This document shows positions 39,222 through 48,786 of a stretch of 64,000 nucleotides of DNA, piece by piece; positions within the stretch are counted from its first letter, which is position 1, and each line of letters starts with the position of its first letter. A program made the position numbers and the translations under genes. The notes below the pieces were generated by a model. That model ran no database searches. It was given only the letters and a program-made list of their open reading frames with translations, and was not told the DNA's origin. The DNA is from Ignavibacteriales bacterium (GTDB taxonomy: Bacteria > Bacteroidota > Ignavibacteria > Ignavibacteriales > DAOSCP01): NCBI GenBank assembly GCA_035379625.1, contig DAOSVM010000003.1, positions 334-64,333 of the forward strand, written 5' to 3'.

Positions 39222-39283
39222 AAATATAATTGTATTATAAATATTTTTATTGTAATTTATAGTTAACAATTTATAGGTATAAT

Positions 39284-40831
39284 ATGAAAGTAAAAGCTTT
39301 CAAAAATGAACCCATTAAAGATTTTTCCCTCAAAAAAAATTATGAATTTCAAAAAGAAGCATTAAGACTCGTACAAAAAAAATTGGGCAAAACATATCCT
39401 CTCATAATAGGTGGGAAAAGTGTAAAAAGTAATAACACATTTAATTCCATAAACCCTTCCAATAAATCAGAAGTTGTAGCAACCTTTTATAAAGCAACAA
39501 AAGAACAAGCTATCAAAGCAATAGAAACCGCACATAAAACATTTAAGAGTTGGGCACTTACAAAACCAGAGGAAAGAGCTGAAATTTTATTTAAAGCTGC
39601 TCAAATTATTAGGGATAGAAGATTTGAGATAAATGCTTGGATGATAAAAGAAGTTGGTAAAAATTTTACAGAAGCTGATGCTGATACTGCTGAAGCTATA
39701 GATTTTCTTGAATTTTATGGGCGAGAAATGTTAAGATATGCTCAAAAACAACCTATTACACCTATTAAAGGCGAAAATAATGAATTATTCTACATTCCTC
39801 TTGGCGTAGTAGGAGTAATTCCACCTTGGAATTTCCCATTTGCTATTTTAGCTGGAATGACATCTGCAGCAATAGTTACAGGTAATACAGTAGTTTTGAA
39901 ACCTGCATCCGATAGCCCTATGATGGGTAAATTATTTTATGATGTAATGGCAGAAGCTGGCCTACCTGAAGGCGTTTTAAACTTCATTCCTGGATCTGGT
40001 GAAGAAGTTGGTGATACAATTGTTGAACATCCACTTACAAGGATGATTGCTTTTACCGGATCACTGCAAGTAGGTATTTCAATCTATGAAAAAGCAAGTA
40101 AATTAAATGAAGGCCAAATATGGCTAAAAAGAGTAATTGCTGAGTTAGGCGGCAAAGATGCAATCATTGTCGATGATGAAGCTGATATAGATTCAGCAGT
40201 AAAAGGCGTTATAACTTCTGCTTATGGTTTCCAAGGACAAAAATGTTCAGCTTGCTCTAGAGCAATCGTTGTTAATAAAGTTTATGATAAATTTAAGAAA
40301 AAATTACTTGAAGAAATGCAAAAAATACAAGTTGGTCCAGCTGAAGAAAATTATATTATGGGGCCTGTTGTATCAGAAAAAGCAATGAAAACAATATTAA
40401 ATTATATTGAAATTGGGAAACAAGAAAATAAATTGATTTTTGGTGGTGAAGTAATAAATAAAAATGGTTTCTATTTACAACCTACAATTTTTGAAAATGT
40501 AAAACCAAATGATACAATAGCACAAGAAGAAATTTTTGGCCCTGTCTTAGCTCTCATAAAAGCAAAAGATTTCAAGGAAGCCATTGAAATAGCTAACAAT
40601 ACAAAATATGGATTAACTGGTGCAGTATATTCAAATAACCAAGAAAAATTAGATTTTGCAAGAATACATTTCCATTGCGGTAATCTATACTTCAACAGAA
40701 AATGTACTGGTGCTTTAGTTGGAGGTCATCCATTTGGAGGATTTAATCTAAGTGGAACAGATTCAAAAGCTGGTGGAAGAGATTACTTGCTTTTATTCTT
40801 GCAAGCAAAAGTTGTAAGTCAAAAAATATAA
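39284..40831 (+). CDS. pruA: L-glutamate gamma-semialdehyde (1-pyrroline-5-carboxylate) dehydrogenase
   Basis: Aldehyde dehydrogenase motifs (ELGGKD, FQGQKCSACSR). At 515 aa its architecture matches the RocA/PruA type. Confidence 0.85.
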   Translation: MKVKAFKNEPIKDFSLKKNYEFQKEALRLVQKKLGKTYPLIIGGKSVKSNNTFNSINPSNKSEVVATFYKATKEQAIKAIETAHKTFKSWALTKPEERAEILFKAAQIIRDRRFEINAWMIKEVGKNFTEADADTAEAIDFLEFYGREMLRYAQKQPITPIKGENNELFYIPLGVVGVIPPWNFPFAILAGMTSAAIVTGNTVVLKPASDSPMMGKLFYDVMAEAGLPEGVLNFIPGSGEEVGDTIVEHPLTRMIAFTGSLQVGISIYEKASKLNEGQIWLKRVIAELGGKDAIIVDDEADIDSAVKGVITSAYGFQGQKCSACSRAIVVNKVYDKFKKKLLEEMQKIQVGPAEENYIMGPVVSEKAMKTILNYIEIGKQENKLIFGGEVINKNGFYLQPTIFENVKPNDTIAQEEIFGPVLALIKAKDFKEAIEIANNTKYGLTGAVYSNNQEKLDFARIHFHCGNLYFNRKCTGALVGGHPFGGFNLSGTDSKAGGRDYLLLFLQAKVVSQKI

Positions 40832-40847
40832 ATAGGAGAATTATCCA

Positions 40848-41306
40848 ATGAGCAATGGTCGTTCAGCACAAGAAAGAGTTGACAGAATTGTTAAAGTGTT
40901 ACCACAAATTTTTACCGGGGCTTTAATAAAAGCAAAAAAAGGCTCTAAAATAACAGTTGATGTTACTAATCAACAATTTAGAGCATTAAATACTTTAATG
41001 AACTTGCCAGAACTTACTGTTAATGAACTTGCCGATAAAATGGATATTGCACAAAGTACTGCTTCACAAATGGTTGAAAGGCTTTTTGAAGCTGGCTTAA
41101 TAGAAAGAATTCCTGATGAATTCGATAGAAGAAAAGCACATTTAATATTAACTAAAAAGGGTATTAAAGTAACCTATGAAAGATTAGACGCTATTAAAAA
41201 AAGTTACGAAAGATTATTATCATTCATGGATGAGGAGACACAAGAAAAATTTGAAAATGCTGTTCTTAAACTTTTTGACGAATATATAAATAGCAATAAT
41301 GGATAA
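40848..41306 (+). CDS. MarR-family transcriptional regulator
   Basis: Winged-HTH pattern (LTVNELADKMDIAQSTASQMVERLFEAGLIERIPDEFDRRK). Confidence 0.85.
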   Translation: MSNGRSAQERVDRIVKVLPQIFTGALIKAKKGSKITVDVTNQQFRALNTLMNLPELTVNELADKMDIAQSTASQMVERLFEAGLIERIPDEFDRRKAHLILTKKGIKVTYERLDAIKKSYERLLSFMDEETQEKFENAVLKLFDEYINSNNG

Positions 41307-41332
41307 AAAAAAGGCAAAACTGCCTTTTTTTT
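41304..41332. terminator. Weak bidirectional terminator between marR-like gene and SDR gene
   Basis: A8 - AGGCA AAAC TGCCT - T8 between convergent genes. The stem is only 5 bp. Confidence 0.45.
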
Positions 41333-42143
41333 ATAGTACTGATGTATTAGCAAAACTTATTGCGTCTTCACCACCATCTACTTGAATAACTCCACCATTT
41401 ATCCACATAGCTTCTGGTTTGGAAAGTATTGAAACTGCGTTTGCTATATCTTCAGGTACAGTTAATCTACCCATTGGATTTTTAGTTAAAGCTATTTCAA
41501 TTATTTTATTATTCCCACGTATTTTCCTTAATGCTGGTGTATCTGTAACTCCAGCCATTAAAGCATTTACAGAAATTTTTCTATTTCCTAATTCTAATGC
41601 TAATTGTCTTACATATGCTTCTAAGGCAGCTTTTGCAGCTGAAACAGCACCATAAAACGGGAATGCAACTCTTGAACCAAAACTTGTAAGAGCGAAAATT
41701 CTACTATTTTCAGGCATTAAGTTATTATGGACTAAATCTTGTGTCCAATAAACTAATGAATTAGCCATTACATCTAATGTCATCTCGATATGTCTATGAG
41801 TAATAAATTCAGAATTCTTATCTTTACCAATAAAAGGCAATAATGAACCAAATGCCAACGAATGCAAAAGTACTCTTACAAGGGGTTGGCCATTTGTAAT
41901 TTTAATAATTTCTTCAATAACGTGTTCTCTTTTTTTATGATCAGCAGCATTAACATTAAAAAAATAAGCCTCATTCCCATCATTTCTAATATCAGTAATA
42001 ATTTTTTCTACATTTGGCATAGTTGCAGAACGATCTAAATGCACCCCAATAATATTGTAGCCATCTTTGCTTAATTTTCTGGCTGTTGCTCCGCCAAATC
42101 CAGAAGATGCTCCTAATATAAGTGCATAATATTTTTGTGCCAT
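41331..42143 (-). CDS. Short-chain dehydrogenase/reductase family oxidoreductase
   Basis: Rossmann motif GASSGFGGATA and an SDR catalytic YxxxK-like region (YGAVSAAKAAL). Confidence 0.75.
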   Translation of the reverse strand: MAQKYYALILGASSGFGGATARKLSKDGYNIIGVHLDRSATMPNVEKIITDIRNDGNEAYFFNVNAADHKKREHVIEEIIKITNGQPLVRVLLHSLAFGSLLPFIGKDKNSEFITHRHIEMTLDVMANSLVYWTQDLVHNNLMPENSRIFALTSFGSRVAFPFYGAVSAAKAALEAYVRQLALELGNRKISVNALMAGVTDTPALRKIRGNNKIIEIALTKNPMGRLTVPEDIANAVSILSKPEAMWINGGVIQVDGGEDAISFANTSVL

Positions 42144-42248
42144 TATATACCTACTTTTATTTTACAATATTGCAAAAGTAAGAATAAATACATTTATTTT
42201 AAAGTTAATTTTAATTAAAGATATTATCAATAATGAAATAAAATTCAT

Positions 42249-43187
42249 TTATTTTGATTCTATCCATCTTTCAGCATCGATGGCCGCCATACAACCAGAT
42301 CCAGCAGCTGTAATAGCTTGTCTATATTTTTTATCTGCAACATCCCCTGCTGCAAATACGCCTTCTATATTTGTTTTTGTAGTTCCAGGTTCTACAATTA
42401 AATAACCTGTTTCATCCATATCTAATTGCCCAACAAACAAATCAGTATTTGGTTTGTGACCTATAGCAAAGAATAAACCATCTGTTGGGAAATCAGTTTC
42501 TTCACCTGTTTGTAAGTTTTTAATTACAACAGATTTTAATCTTTTAATTCCATTTTCTGTTACACCTTTTGCTTCGGTTATGGTACTATTTAATATAAAT
42601 TTAATTTTAGGATTATTCTTAGCTTTATCTACCATAATTTTACTTGCTCTAAATTCATCTCTTCTGTGTACAATATAGACTTCTGATGCAAATTTTGAAA
42701 GAAATGTCGCCTCTTCCATTGCGCTATCACCACCACCAACCACAACTACTCTTTGATTTCTAAAAAAGAAACCATCGCAAGTTGCGCAAGCAGAAATTCC
42801 GAATCCCATATATTCATTAACACCAGGAACATCAAGTAATTTTGCACTCGCACCAGTTGCAATAATAATTGCTTCAGCATAATATTCGCTTTTGGTAGTT
42901 TTTATATAAAATGGATGTTGTTTAAAATCTACTTTTTCTACTGTTTCAGAAAGTATTTCAGTTCCAAAACGTTGAGCTTGTTTTTTGGTAATATCCATTA
43001 ATTCAGGGCCCATTATCCCATTTTCAAAACCTGGAAAGTTTTCCACTTCAGTTGTAATGGTTAATTGCCCACCTGGTTGATCACCTTCAAACAAAACTGG
43101 ATTTAAATTTGCTCTACTTGTGTATATAGCTGCTGTAAGTCCTGCTGGGCCTGAACCTATTATAGCGACTTTTACATTTCTTGCCAT
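42249..43187 (-). CDS. trxB: Thioredoxin-disulfide reductase
   Basis: FAD motif GSGPAG, redox-active CATCDG, NADPH motif GGGDSA; 312 aa. Confidence 0.95.
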   Translation of the reverse strand: MARNVKVAIIGSGPAGLTAAIYTSRANLNPVLFEGDQPGGQLTITTEVENFPGFENGIMGPELMDITKKQAQRFGTEILSETVEKVDFKQHPFYIKTTKSEYYAEAIIIATGASAKLLDVPGVNEYMGFGISACATCDGFFFRNQRVVVVGGGDSAMEEATFLSKFASEVYIVHRRDEFRASKIMVDKAKNNPKIKFILNSTITEAKGVTENGIKRLKSVVIKNLQTGEETDFPTDGLFFAIGHKPNTDLFVGQLDMDETGYLIVEPGTTKTNIEGVFAAGDVADKKYRQAITAAGSGCMAAIDAERWIESK

Positions 43188-43278
43188 TTTATTACCTCAT
43201 TTATTATTATTTGAATTATATATGATACAATTTTCTTTATAAAGTTACTTATATAACATTTCAGCCGTTAAATAAAAT

Positions 43279-44199
43279 TCAATATTTCAAAAAATTTGTA
43301 TTTCTTTTCATCCCTTTTAATTTAGCTCGTAAAATTGGGCTTTCTTTAAAGTTATTCTTGAATTCTTTATTTGTCATATTTTCAAAATAATCGTAATCTA
43401 TATTCGGACTAATTAAATGCTCCTTAAAATCTTCTATTTTTGTGTCGTCAGAAAATTTATTATTCCATGGGCAAACATCCTGGCAAATATCGCAACCAAA
43501 TGCCCAATTCTCCATTTTAATTTTAAATTTTTCATTAATTTCATCTGATTTATTTTCTATTGTTAAAAAAGATATACATTTATTTGAGTCTATAACATAT
43601 GGCTGAACAATTGCATTGGTAGGACATGCATCAATACACTTCGAACAAGTTCCACAATGATCGTCTATTTTTAATGGATTATAATCTATTTTTTCATTAA
43701 TAAAAATTGTAGCTATAAAGAAAAAGCTCCCTTTTTTAGGATTAATTATATTCGAATTTTTCCCCATCCAACCTAAACCACTTCGCTCTGCCCATACTTT
43801 ATCCATTACTGGTCCTGTATCAACATTATAGTAATATTTCAATTCTGGTCTCAATTCCTTTAATTTTGATAACAAAATTTCCAATTTATTCCAAATTACT
43901 AAATGATAATCCTTACCTAATGCATATTTTGAAATTTTAGGTTTTTCAGGTTGGTATTCTACTTTTTGGTAGTAGTTCATTCCTAATGAAATGATTGTTT
44001 TGCAGTCATCTAGAATTAACTTTGGATCTTCCCTCTTATCAATATTTTTCTGCATATATTGCATTGTTGCATTATAACCATTTTCAAGCCAATTTGTTAA
44101 TCTTTCAATTTCAAGTGACAATTTCTCATATCCATTAAATCCTACTAAATCGAAACCTAAATCATATGCATATTTTTTTATAATTTCGGATGTTAACAT
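43279..44199 (-). CDS. queG: tRNA epoxyqueuosine(34) reductase
   Basis: Two 4Fe-4S motifs (CGTCSKCIDACP, CDICQDVCPWN) in the QueG arrangement. Confidence 0.85.
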   Translation of the reverse strand: MLTSEIIKKYAYDLGFDLVGFNGYEKLSLEIERLTNWLENGYNATMQYMQKNIDKREDPKLILDDCKTIISLGMNYYQKVEYQPEKPKISKYALGKDYHLVIWNKLEILLSKLKELRPELKYYYNVDTGPVMDKVWAERSGLGWMGKNSNIINPKKGSFFFIATIFINEKIDYNPLKIDDHCGTCSKCIDACPTNAIVQPYVIDSNKCISFLTIENKSDEINEKFKIKMENWAFGCDICQDVCPWNNKFSDDTKIEDFKEHLISPNIDYDYFENMTNKEFKNNFKESPILRAKLKGMKRNTNFLKY

Positions 44200-44200
44200 T

Positions 44201-44533
44201 TCACCAATTGAAAGATTTTTTTATAATTTTTGCATAAATATAGCCATTTTCAATTTTAATTTCATAAGAATTTATCCCTTTTCCACCATCTTGTCGCTTG
44301 CCTGTTTCTAAATTGAATTCCCAACCATGTGCTGGACATATAACACTTTTATTTTCAATAAAGCCGTCACAAAGAATAGAACGATGTTGGTGTGGGCATA
44401 CGTTGTCAACAACATAAAATTTATCGTTTATTCTAAAAACTGCAACTTCAATATCTAAATCATCAAGATAAAATTTTTGACCCTTAAAATCTTTTATATT
44501 TTCAACTGGGCAAATTTTTATATAGTTTTCCAT
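44201..44533 (-). CDS. Rieske [2Fe-2S] domain protein (NirD-like small subunit)
   Basis: CPHQ...CPAHG Rieske ligands; 110 aa. Confidence 0.8.
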   Translation of the reverse strand: MENYIKICPVENIKDFKGQKFYLDDLDIEVAVFRINDKFYVVDNVCPHQHRSILCDGFIENKSVICPAHGWEFNLETGKRQDGGKGINSYEIKIENGYIYAKIIKKSFNW

Positions 44534-44659
44534 AATATTTATTTTTTTTATTGAAATATACGTTTTTTTATGGTATTTTTCTCATAAATAATATTATTAA
44601 TTGACGCTATATTATTTGGCACACTAATTGATTAATAATCAACAAATTAAGGATAATTT

Positions 44660-45529
44660 ATGAAGGGAATCATTCTAGCAGGTGGAGCCGGTACGAGATT
44701 GTACCCAATTACAAAATTATATAGCAAACAATTAACTATTATTTATGATAAGCCATTAATTTATTATCCATTGTCAATATTAATGTTGGCAGGGATAAAG
44801 GATATTTTAATAATTTCGAATGCTGAAACCATTCCTCATTATAAAACTTTATTTGGCGATGGAAATGATTTAGGATTAAATATAAATTATGCTGTTCAAG
44901 CTGCACCAAATGGCATTGCTGAAGCTTTTATAATAGGCGAAAATTTTATTGGAAAAGATAAAGTTACTTTAATCCTTGGTGATAATATTTTTTATGGAAA
45001 ATTAAATTTTATTTATAATGCGGTACAAAACCATAAGGAAGGTGGTATAGTCTTTGGTTATCCTGTATCAGATCCCGAGCGTTACGGTGTCGTTGAATTT
45101 GATAAAAATGGGAATGTTCTATCAATTGAAGAAAAACCCAAACAACCTAAATCGAATTATGCTGTACCTGGACTATATATATATGATAATGAAGTTGTAG
45201 AAATAGCAAAAAATTTAAAACCATCAGCCCGTGGAGAATTAGAAATCACTGATGTAAATAAAGAATATTTACAAAAGGGGAAATTAAAAGTTGAATTGAT
45301 TGGCCGTGGTGTTGCTTGGCTTGATACTGGTACACCCGAATCTTTATTGGAAGCCTCTTTGTTTTTCCAAACAATCGAAAAAAGGCAAGGTATGAAGGTT
45401 GCCTGCTTGGAAGAAATAGCTCTAAAAAATGATTTTATTACAAAAGAACAATTTACAAAATTATTAGAAAAAATGCCAAAATCTTATTATAGAGAGTACT
45501 TAGAAAAGATAATAAAAATGGAGTATTAA
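44660..45529 (+). CDS. rfbA: Glucose-1-phosphate thymidylyltransferase
   Basis: [19 protein letters not shown]-terminus, [19 protein letters not shown]; 289 aa. Confidence 0.95.
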   Translation: MKGIILAGGAGTRLYPITKLYSKQLTIIYDKPLIYYPLSILMLAGIKDILIISNAETIPHYKTLFGDGNDLGLNINYAVQAAPNGIAEAFIIGENFIGKDKVTLILGDNIFYGKLNFIYNAVQNHKEGGIVFGYPVSDPERYGVVEFDKNGNVLSIEEKPKQPKSNYAVPGLYIYDNEVVEIAKNLKPSARGELEITDVNKEYLQKGKLKVELIGRGVAWLDTGTPESLLEASLFFQTIEKRQGMKVACLEEIALKNDFITKEQFTKLLEKMPKSYYREYLEKIIKMEY

Positions 45530-45530
45530 A

Positions 45531-47156
45531 ATGGAAAATTACACAACCTTTGTTGATAAAGCTTATGATAGTTATTCAAAAAAAGACTTTCATAAAGCTA
45601 TAGAACTAATCAACGAAGCTGAAAAACTTTTACCTAAAGATGCATCTATTACTGAAGGTGCTAGCATCTACAATTTCCGTGGTTTCTGTTATTTATCGTT
45701 AAATGAAATTGAAAAAGCAAAAGCTGAGTTCGAAGAAGCTTTAAACCTAAATCCCACCTCTCCACAAGCTTGTGTCGGTTTAGGTGAAGTTTTTTATTTA
45801 AATCGTAATGATGTTGAAGCAAAAAGAATGTATGAATACGCTTTAAATTACGATCCACAAAATCCACTAGCTCTTGCTGGTCTTAAAAAAGTTAATGCTG
45901 AATTAGGCCTTAATCCAGAAGATAATTCCTTGATAGATAATAAAAATCAAGATTTAATTGATAGCTTAGTTGAAGAAGCATATCAATTATTTAATAAACG
46001 TAAATTTGAAGAAGCACTAATTAAACTTGCTGAAGTTGAAAAATTATATAAAGTCAGAACTGCAGAGGTTGAAAACTTCAAAGGTATTATTTATTTAGCA
46101 TTAAATGACAAAAATAAAGCAAAATTGTCTTTTGAAGTTGCTCTTCAATTAAATCCTAAATCTTCCCAAGCTTGCGCTGGCTTAGGTGAAATTTTCTACT
46201 TAGAAAACAAAGATGAAGAAGCTAAAAAAATGTTCGAATGGGCTGTCTTCCATAATCCTCAAAATCCTATGGCTGTAAATGGATTAGCAAAAGTAAATAA
46301 AGCCCTTGGCAAACCTATTTATGATAACTCTCTTCAAGGTGATGAAATAAAGAAAAAATTAAACTTTGAAGTATTATTCGCTGATGCATATCAGGCTTTC
46401 CAAGATAAAAACTTCAATACTGCATTAGAAAGAATTGAAGAGTTTGAAAAAGCCGTTCGTGTTGCTGCATTAAATTTCAAAGGTTTTAATTATTTAGCAT
46501 TAAATGATATTGAAAGCGCTAAAAAATGTTTTGAAGAAGCTCTCGAACTAGATGAGACATCCTCTCAAGCTTGTGCTGGCTTAGGTGAAATTTTCTACTT
46601 ACAAAAAGATGATGTATCTGCAAAAAAAATGTATGAATTTGCAGTAGCATATAACCCGGAAAATAAATTTGCCATTGAAGGTTTAGCTAAAGTAAACAAA
46701 AGCTTAAATTTACCCAAGGAACATAACAATTTAATAGTTGAAGATATTTTAAGCGATGAAAAATTAGCTGCTATGATTACTCAAGCATATGAAGCTTTCG
46801 ATAAGAAAGATTACAAAGAAGCCTTACAAATTTTAAATGATTTTGAAAATAAAGCAATTGATTTATCAGTATCTGCTGATGTAAGTATTAAAAATTTTAA
46901 AGGCTATATATATTTAGGTTTAGGTGAAACAGAAAAAGCAAAAGAACAATTTGAAAGTGCTTTGGAACTTGACCCTGAATCTTCCCAAGCTTGTGCTGGT
47001 TTAGGAGAATGTCTGTATATTGCTGGTGACGACCAAGCAGCTAAAAAAATGTTTGAGTGGAGCATAAAACATAACCCTGGTAATGAAGTTGCTTACGCTG
47101 GTTTGCATAAGGTAAATAAAAATTTAGGATTGCCTATAAACCATAAAAGTTTCTAA
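45531..47156 (+). CDS. TPR-repeat protein built from four tandem modules of about 135 aa
   Basis: The block SSQACAGLGE(I/V)FYL...AKKM(F/Y)E(W/F)A...NP.N...GL.KVNK.LGLP recurs four times. Repetition is also visible at the DNA level around 45770, 46165, 46565 and 46985. Confidence 0.8.
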   Translation: MENYTTFVDKAYDSYSKKDFHKAIELINEAEKLLPKDASITEGASIYNFRGFCYLSLNEIEKAKAEFEEALNLNPTSPQACVGLGEVFYLNRNDVEAKRMYEYALNYDPQNPLALAGLKKVNAELGLNPEDNSLIDNKNQDLIDSLVEEAYQLFNKRKFEEALIKLAEVEKLYKVRTAEVENFKGIIYLALNDKNKAKLSFEVALQLNPKSSQACAGLGEIFYLENKDEEAKKMFEWAVFHNPQNPMAVNGLAKVNKALGKPIYDNSLQGDEIKKKLNFEVLFADAYQAFQDKNFNTALERIEEFEKAVRVAALNFKGFNYLALNDIESAKKCFEEALELDETSSQACAGLGEIFYLQKDDVSAKKMYEFAVAYNPENKFAIEGLAKVNKSLNLPKEHNNLIVEDILSDEKLAAMITQAYEAFDKKDYKEALQILNDFENKAIDLSVSADVSIKNFKGYIYLGLGETEKAKEQFESALELDPESSQACAGLGECLYIAGDDQAAKKMFEWSIKHNPGNEVAYAGLHKVNKNLGLPINHKSF

Positions 47157-47187
47157 TTTTATCAAATATAAAATTAATCAATATTAA

Positions 47188-47218
47188 AGCTGTCATTTAC
47201 GACAGCTTTTTATTTTTT
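47188..47218 (+). terminator. Rho-independent terminator of the TPR gene
   Basis: AGCTGTC/GACAGCT 7-bp stem, loop ATTTAC, then a T-rich run. Confidence 0.8.
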
Positions 47219-47267
47219 AAATTTTTTATTATTAATGATTTTTTAAAAATTAAATTTTAGGAGATCT

Positions 47268-48746
47268 ATGAATATCTTAAGAAAAAAAACAATAGAACAA
47301 TCAATAGCCGAAACAGAAGGTAAACATCAGTTAAAAAAAGTATTAGGCCCATGGGCGTTAATTAGTTTTGGTATTGGTTGTATAATTGGTACTGGTATTT
47401 TTGTTTTAACAGGTATCGCTGCTCACGATAAAGCTGGCCCTGCTCTTATTTTATCCTTTGTTCTTGCTGGTATTGTAACAATAATTTCTGCTCTTTGCTA
47501 TGCAGAGTTTGCATCAATGGTACCTGTTGCTGGTTCAACCTACTCATATTCTTATATTACTTTAGGGGAATTATTCGCATGGATTATCGGTTGGGATTTA
47601 ATTTTAGAATACACTGTTGCAGCAGCTGCTGTAGCTCACGGATGGTCTCATTATTTACAAAACTTACTAGCATTATTCAAAATCAATTTCCCATCTTTCT
47701 TAAGTAAAGCCCCTTTCGACTTGGATATTAATACCGGCCAAATGATTTTTACTGGTTCTTATTTCGACCTTCTTTCAGTTTTGATCATTACTACTCTTAG
47801 TATTATTCTTATTCGTGGAATGAAAGAATCCTCTAAATTAAACAATATTATGGTTATTGTTAAATTAGCTATTATTTTGCTTGTTATTTTTGTTGGCGCT
47901 TTTTACATAGATTTTAATAATTATTTCCCGTTCGCTCCTTTCGGATATGGCGGTATTTCTATTTTTGGAAAAACAATTTGGGGCAGTGTCGATGGCGCTG
48001 GCCAGCCCGTCGGAGTTATCGCAGGCGCTGCAATAGCTTTTTTCGCATACATCGGTTTTGATGCCGTTTCCACTAGCGCCGAAGAAACCAAAAATCCTGC
48101 GCGTGATCTCCCCTTCGGAATTATCGGATCATTACTCATAAGTACAATTTTATACATCGCTGTTACTGCTGTTTTAACAGGTATGGTAAAATACAACCAA
48201 ATCGATTTAGATGCCCCTATTGCTAAAGCTTTCGAAGCTCACGGCTTACACGGTATACAATTTATTATCGATATTGGCGCTCTTACAGGTATAACATCAG
48301 TAATTTTAGTCTTATTAATTGGGCAAACAAGAATATTTTTCGCTATGTCTCGTGATGGCTTATTACCCAAAAAACTTTTCAGCGAAGTTCATCCTAAATT
48401 CAAAACACCTTATAAATCAACAATATTAACAGGTTTAATTGTATCAATTTTAGCAGGATTTATACCTTTAAGAATTTTATCTGAACTAGTTAACATTGGC
48501 ACACTATTAGCCTTCGTAATAATTTCTGTAGCAATAATTGTATTAAGATATAAACTACCCAATATTCATAGACCTTTCAAAGTACCTTTTGGTATAACTC
48601 TACCTATATTAGGCGTCCTTTTCAATCTAATTTTAATGTTCTCATTACCAGTAGATAATTGGTTAAGACTTTTTGTATGGCTAGCAATAGGCTTAATCAT
48701 CTATTTCCTTTATGGTAGAAACCACAGCATTCTTAATAAACAATAA
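47268..48746 (+). CDS. APC-family amino acid permease (cationic amino acid transporter-like)
   Basis: About 12-14 TM segments and the signature FFAYIGFDAVSTSAEETKNPARDLP. AGGAG lies upstream of the ATG. Confidence 0.9.
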   Translation: MNILRKKTIEQSIAETEGKHQLKKVLGPWALISFGIGCIIGTGIFVLTGIAAHDKAGPALILSFVLAGIVTIISALCYAEFASMVPVAGSTYSYSYITLGELFAWIIGWDLILEYTVAAAAVAHGWSHYLQNLLALFKINFPSFLSKAPFDLDINTGQMIFTGSYFDLLSVLIITTLSIILIRGMKESSKLNNIMVIVKLAIILLVIFVGAFYIDFNNYFPFAPFGYGGISIFGKTIWGSVDGAGQPVGVIAGAAIAFFAYIGFDAVSTSAEETKNPARDLPFGIIGSLLISTILYIAVTAVLTGMVKYNQIDLDAPIAKAFEAHGLHGIQFIIDIGALTGITSVILVLLIGQTRIFFAMSRDGLLPKKLFSEVHPKFKTPYKSTILTGLIVSILAGFIPLRILSELVNIGTLLAFVIISVAIIVLRYKLPNIHRPFKVPFGITLPILGVLFNLILMFSLPVDNWLRLFVWLAIGLIIYFLYGRNHSILNKQ

Positions 48747-48754
48747 ATATTATT

Positions 48755-48780
48755 GCTCTCTTTCGAAGGGAGCTTTTTTT
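48755..48780 (+). terminator. Rho-independent terminator of the permease gene
   Basis: GCTCTCTT/AAGGGAGC stem (one G-U pair) followed by T7. It resembles the trxA terminator. Confidence 0.75.
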
Positions 48781-48786
48781 ATATAT

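Noticed and set aside
24128-48786. The 24.6-kb segment between the two copies considered as a composite transposon or genomic island.
   Set aside because: Its content is core housekeeping (sdhCAB, ruvCA, trxB, queG, rfbA, pruA). It has no transposase, integrase or conjugation genes and no tRNA junction. Its composition is similar to the rest of the window, apart from conserved genes.
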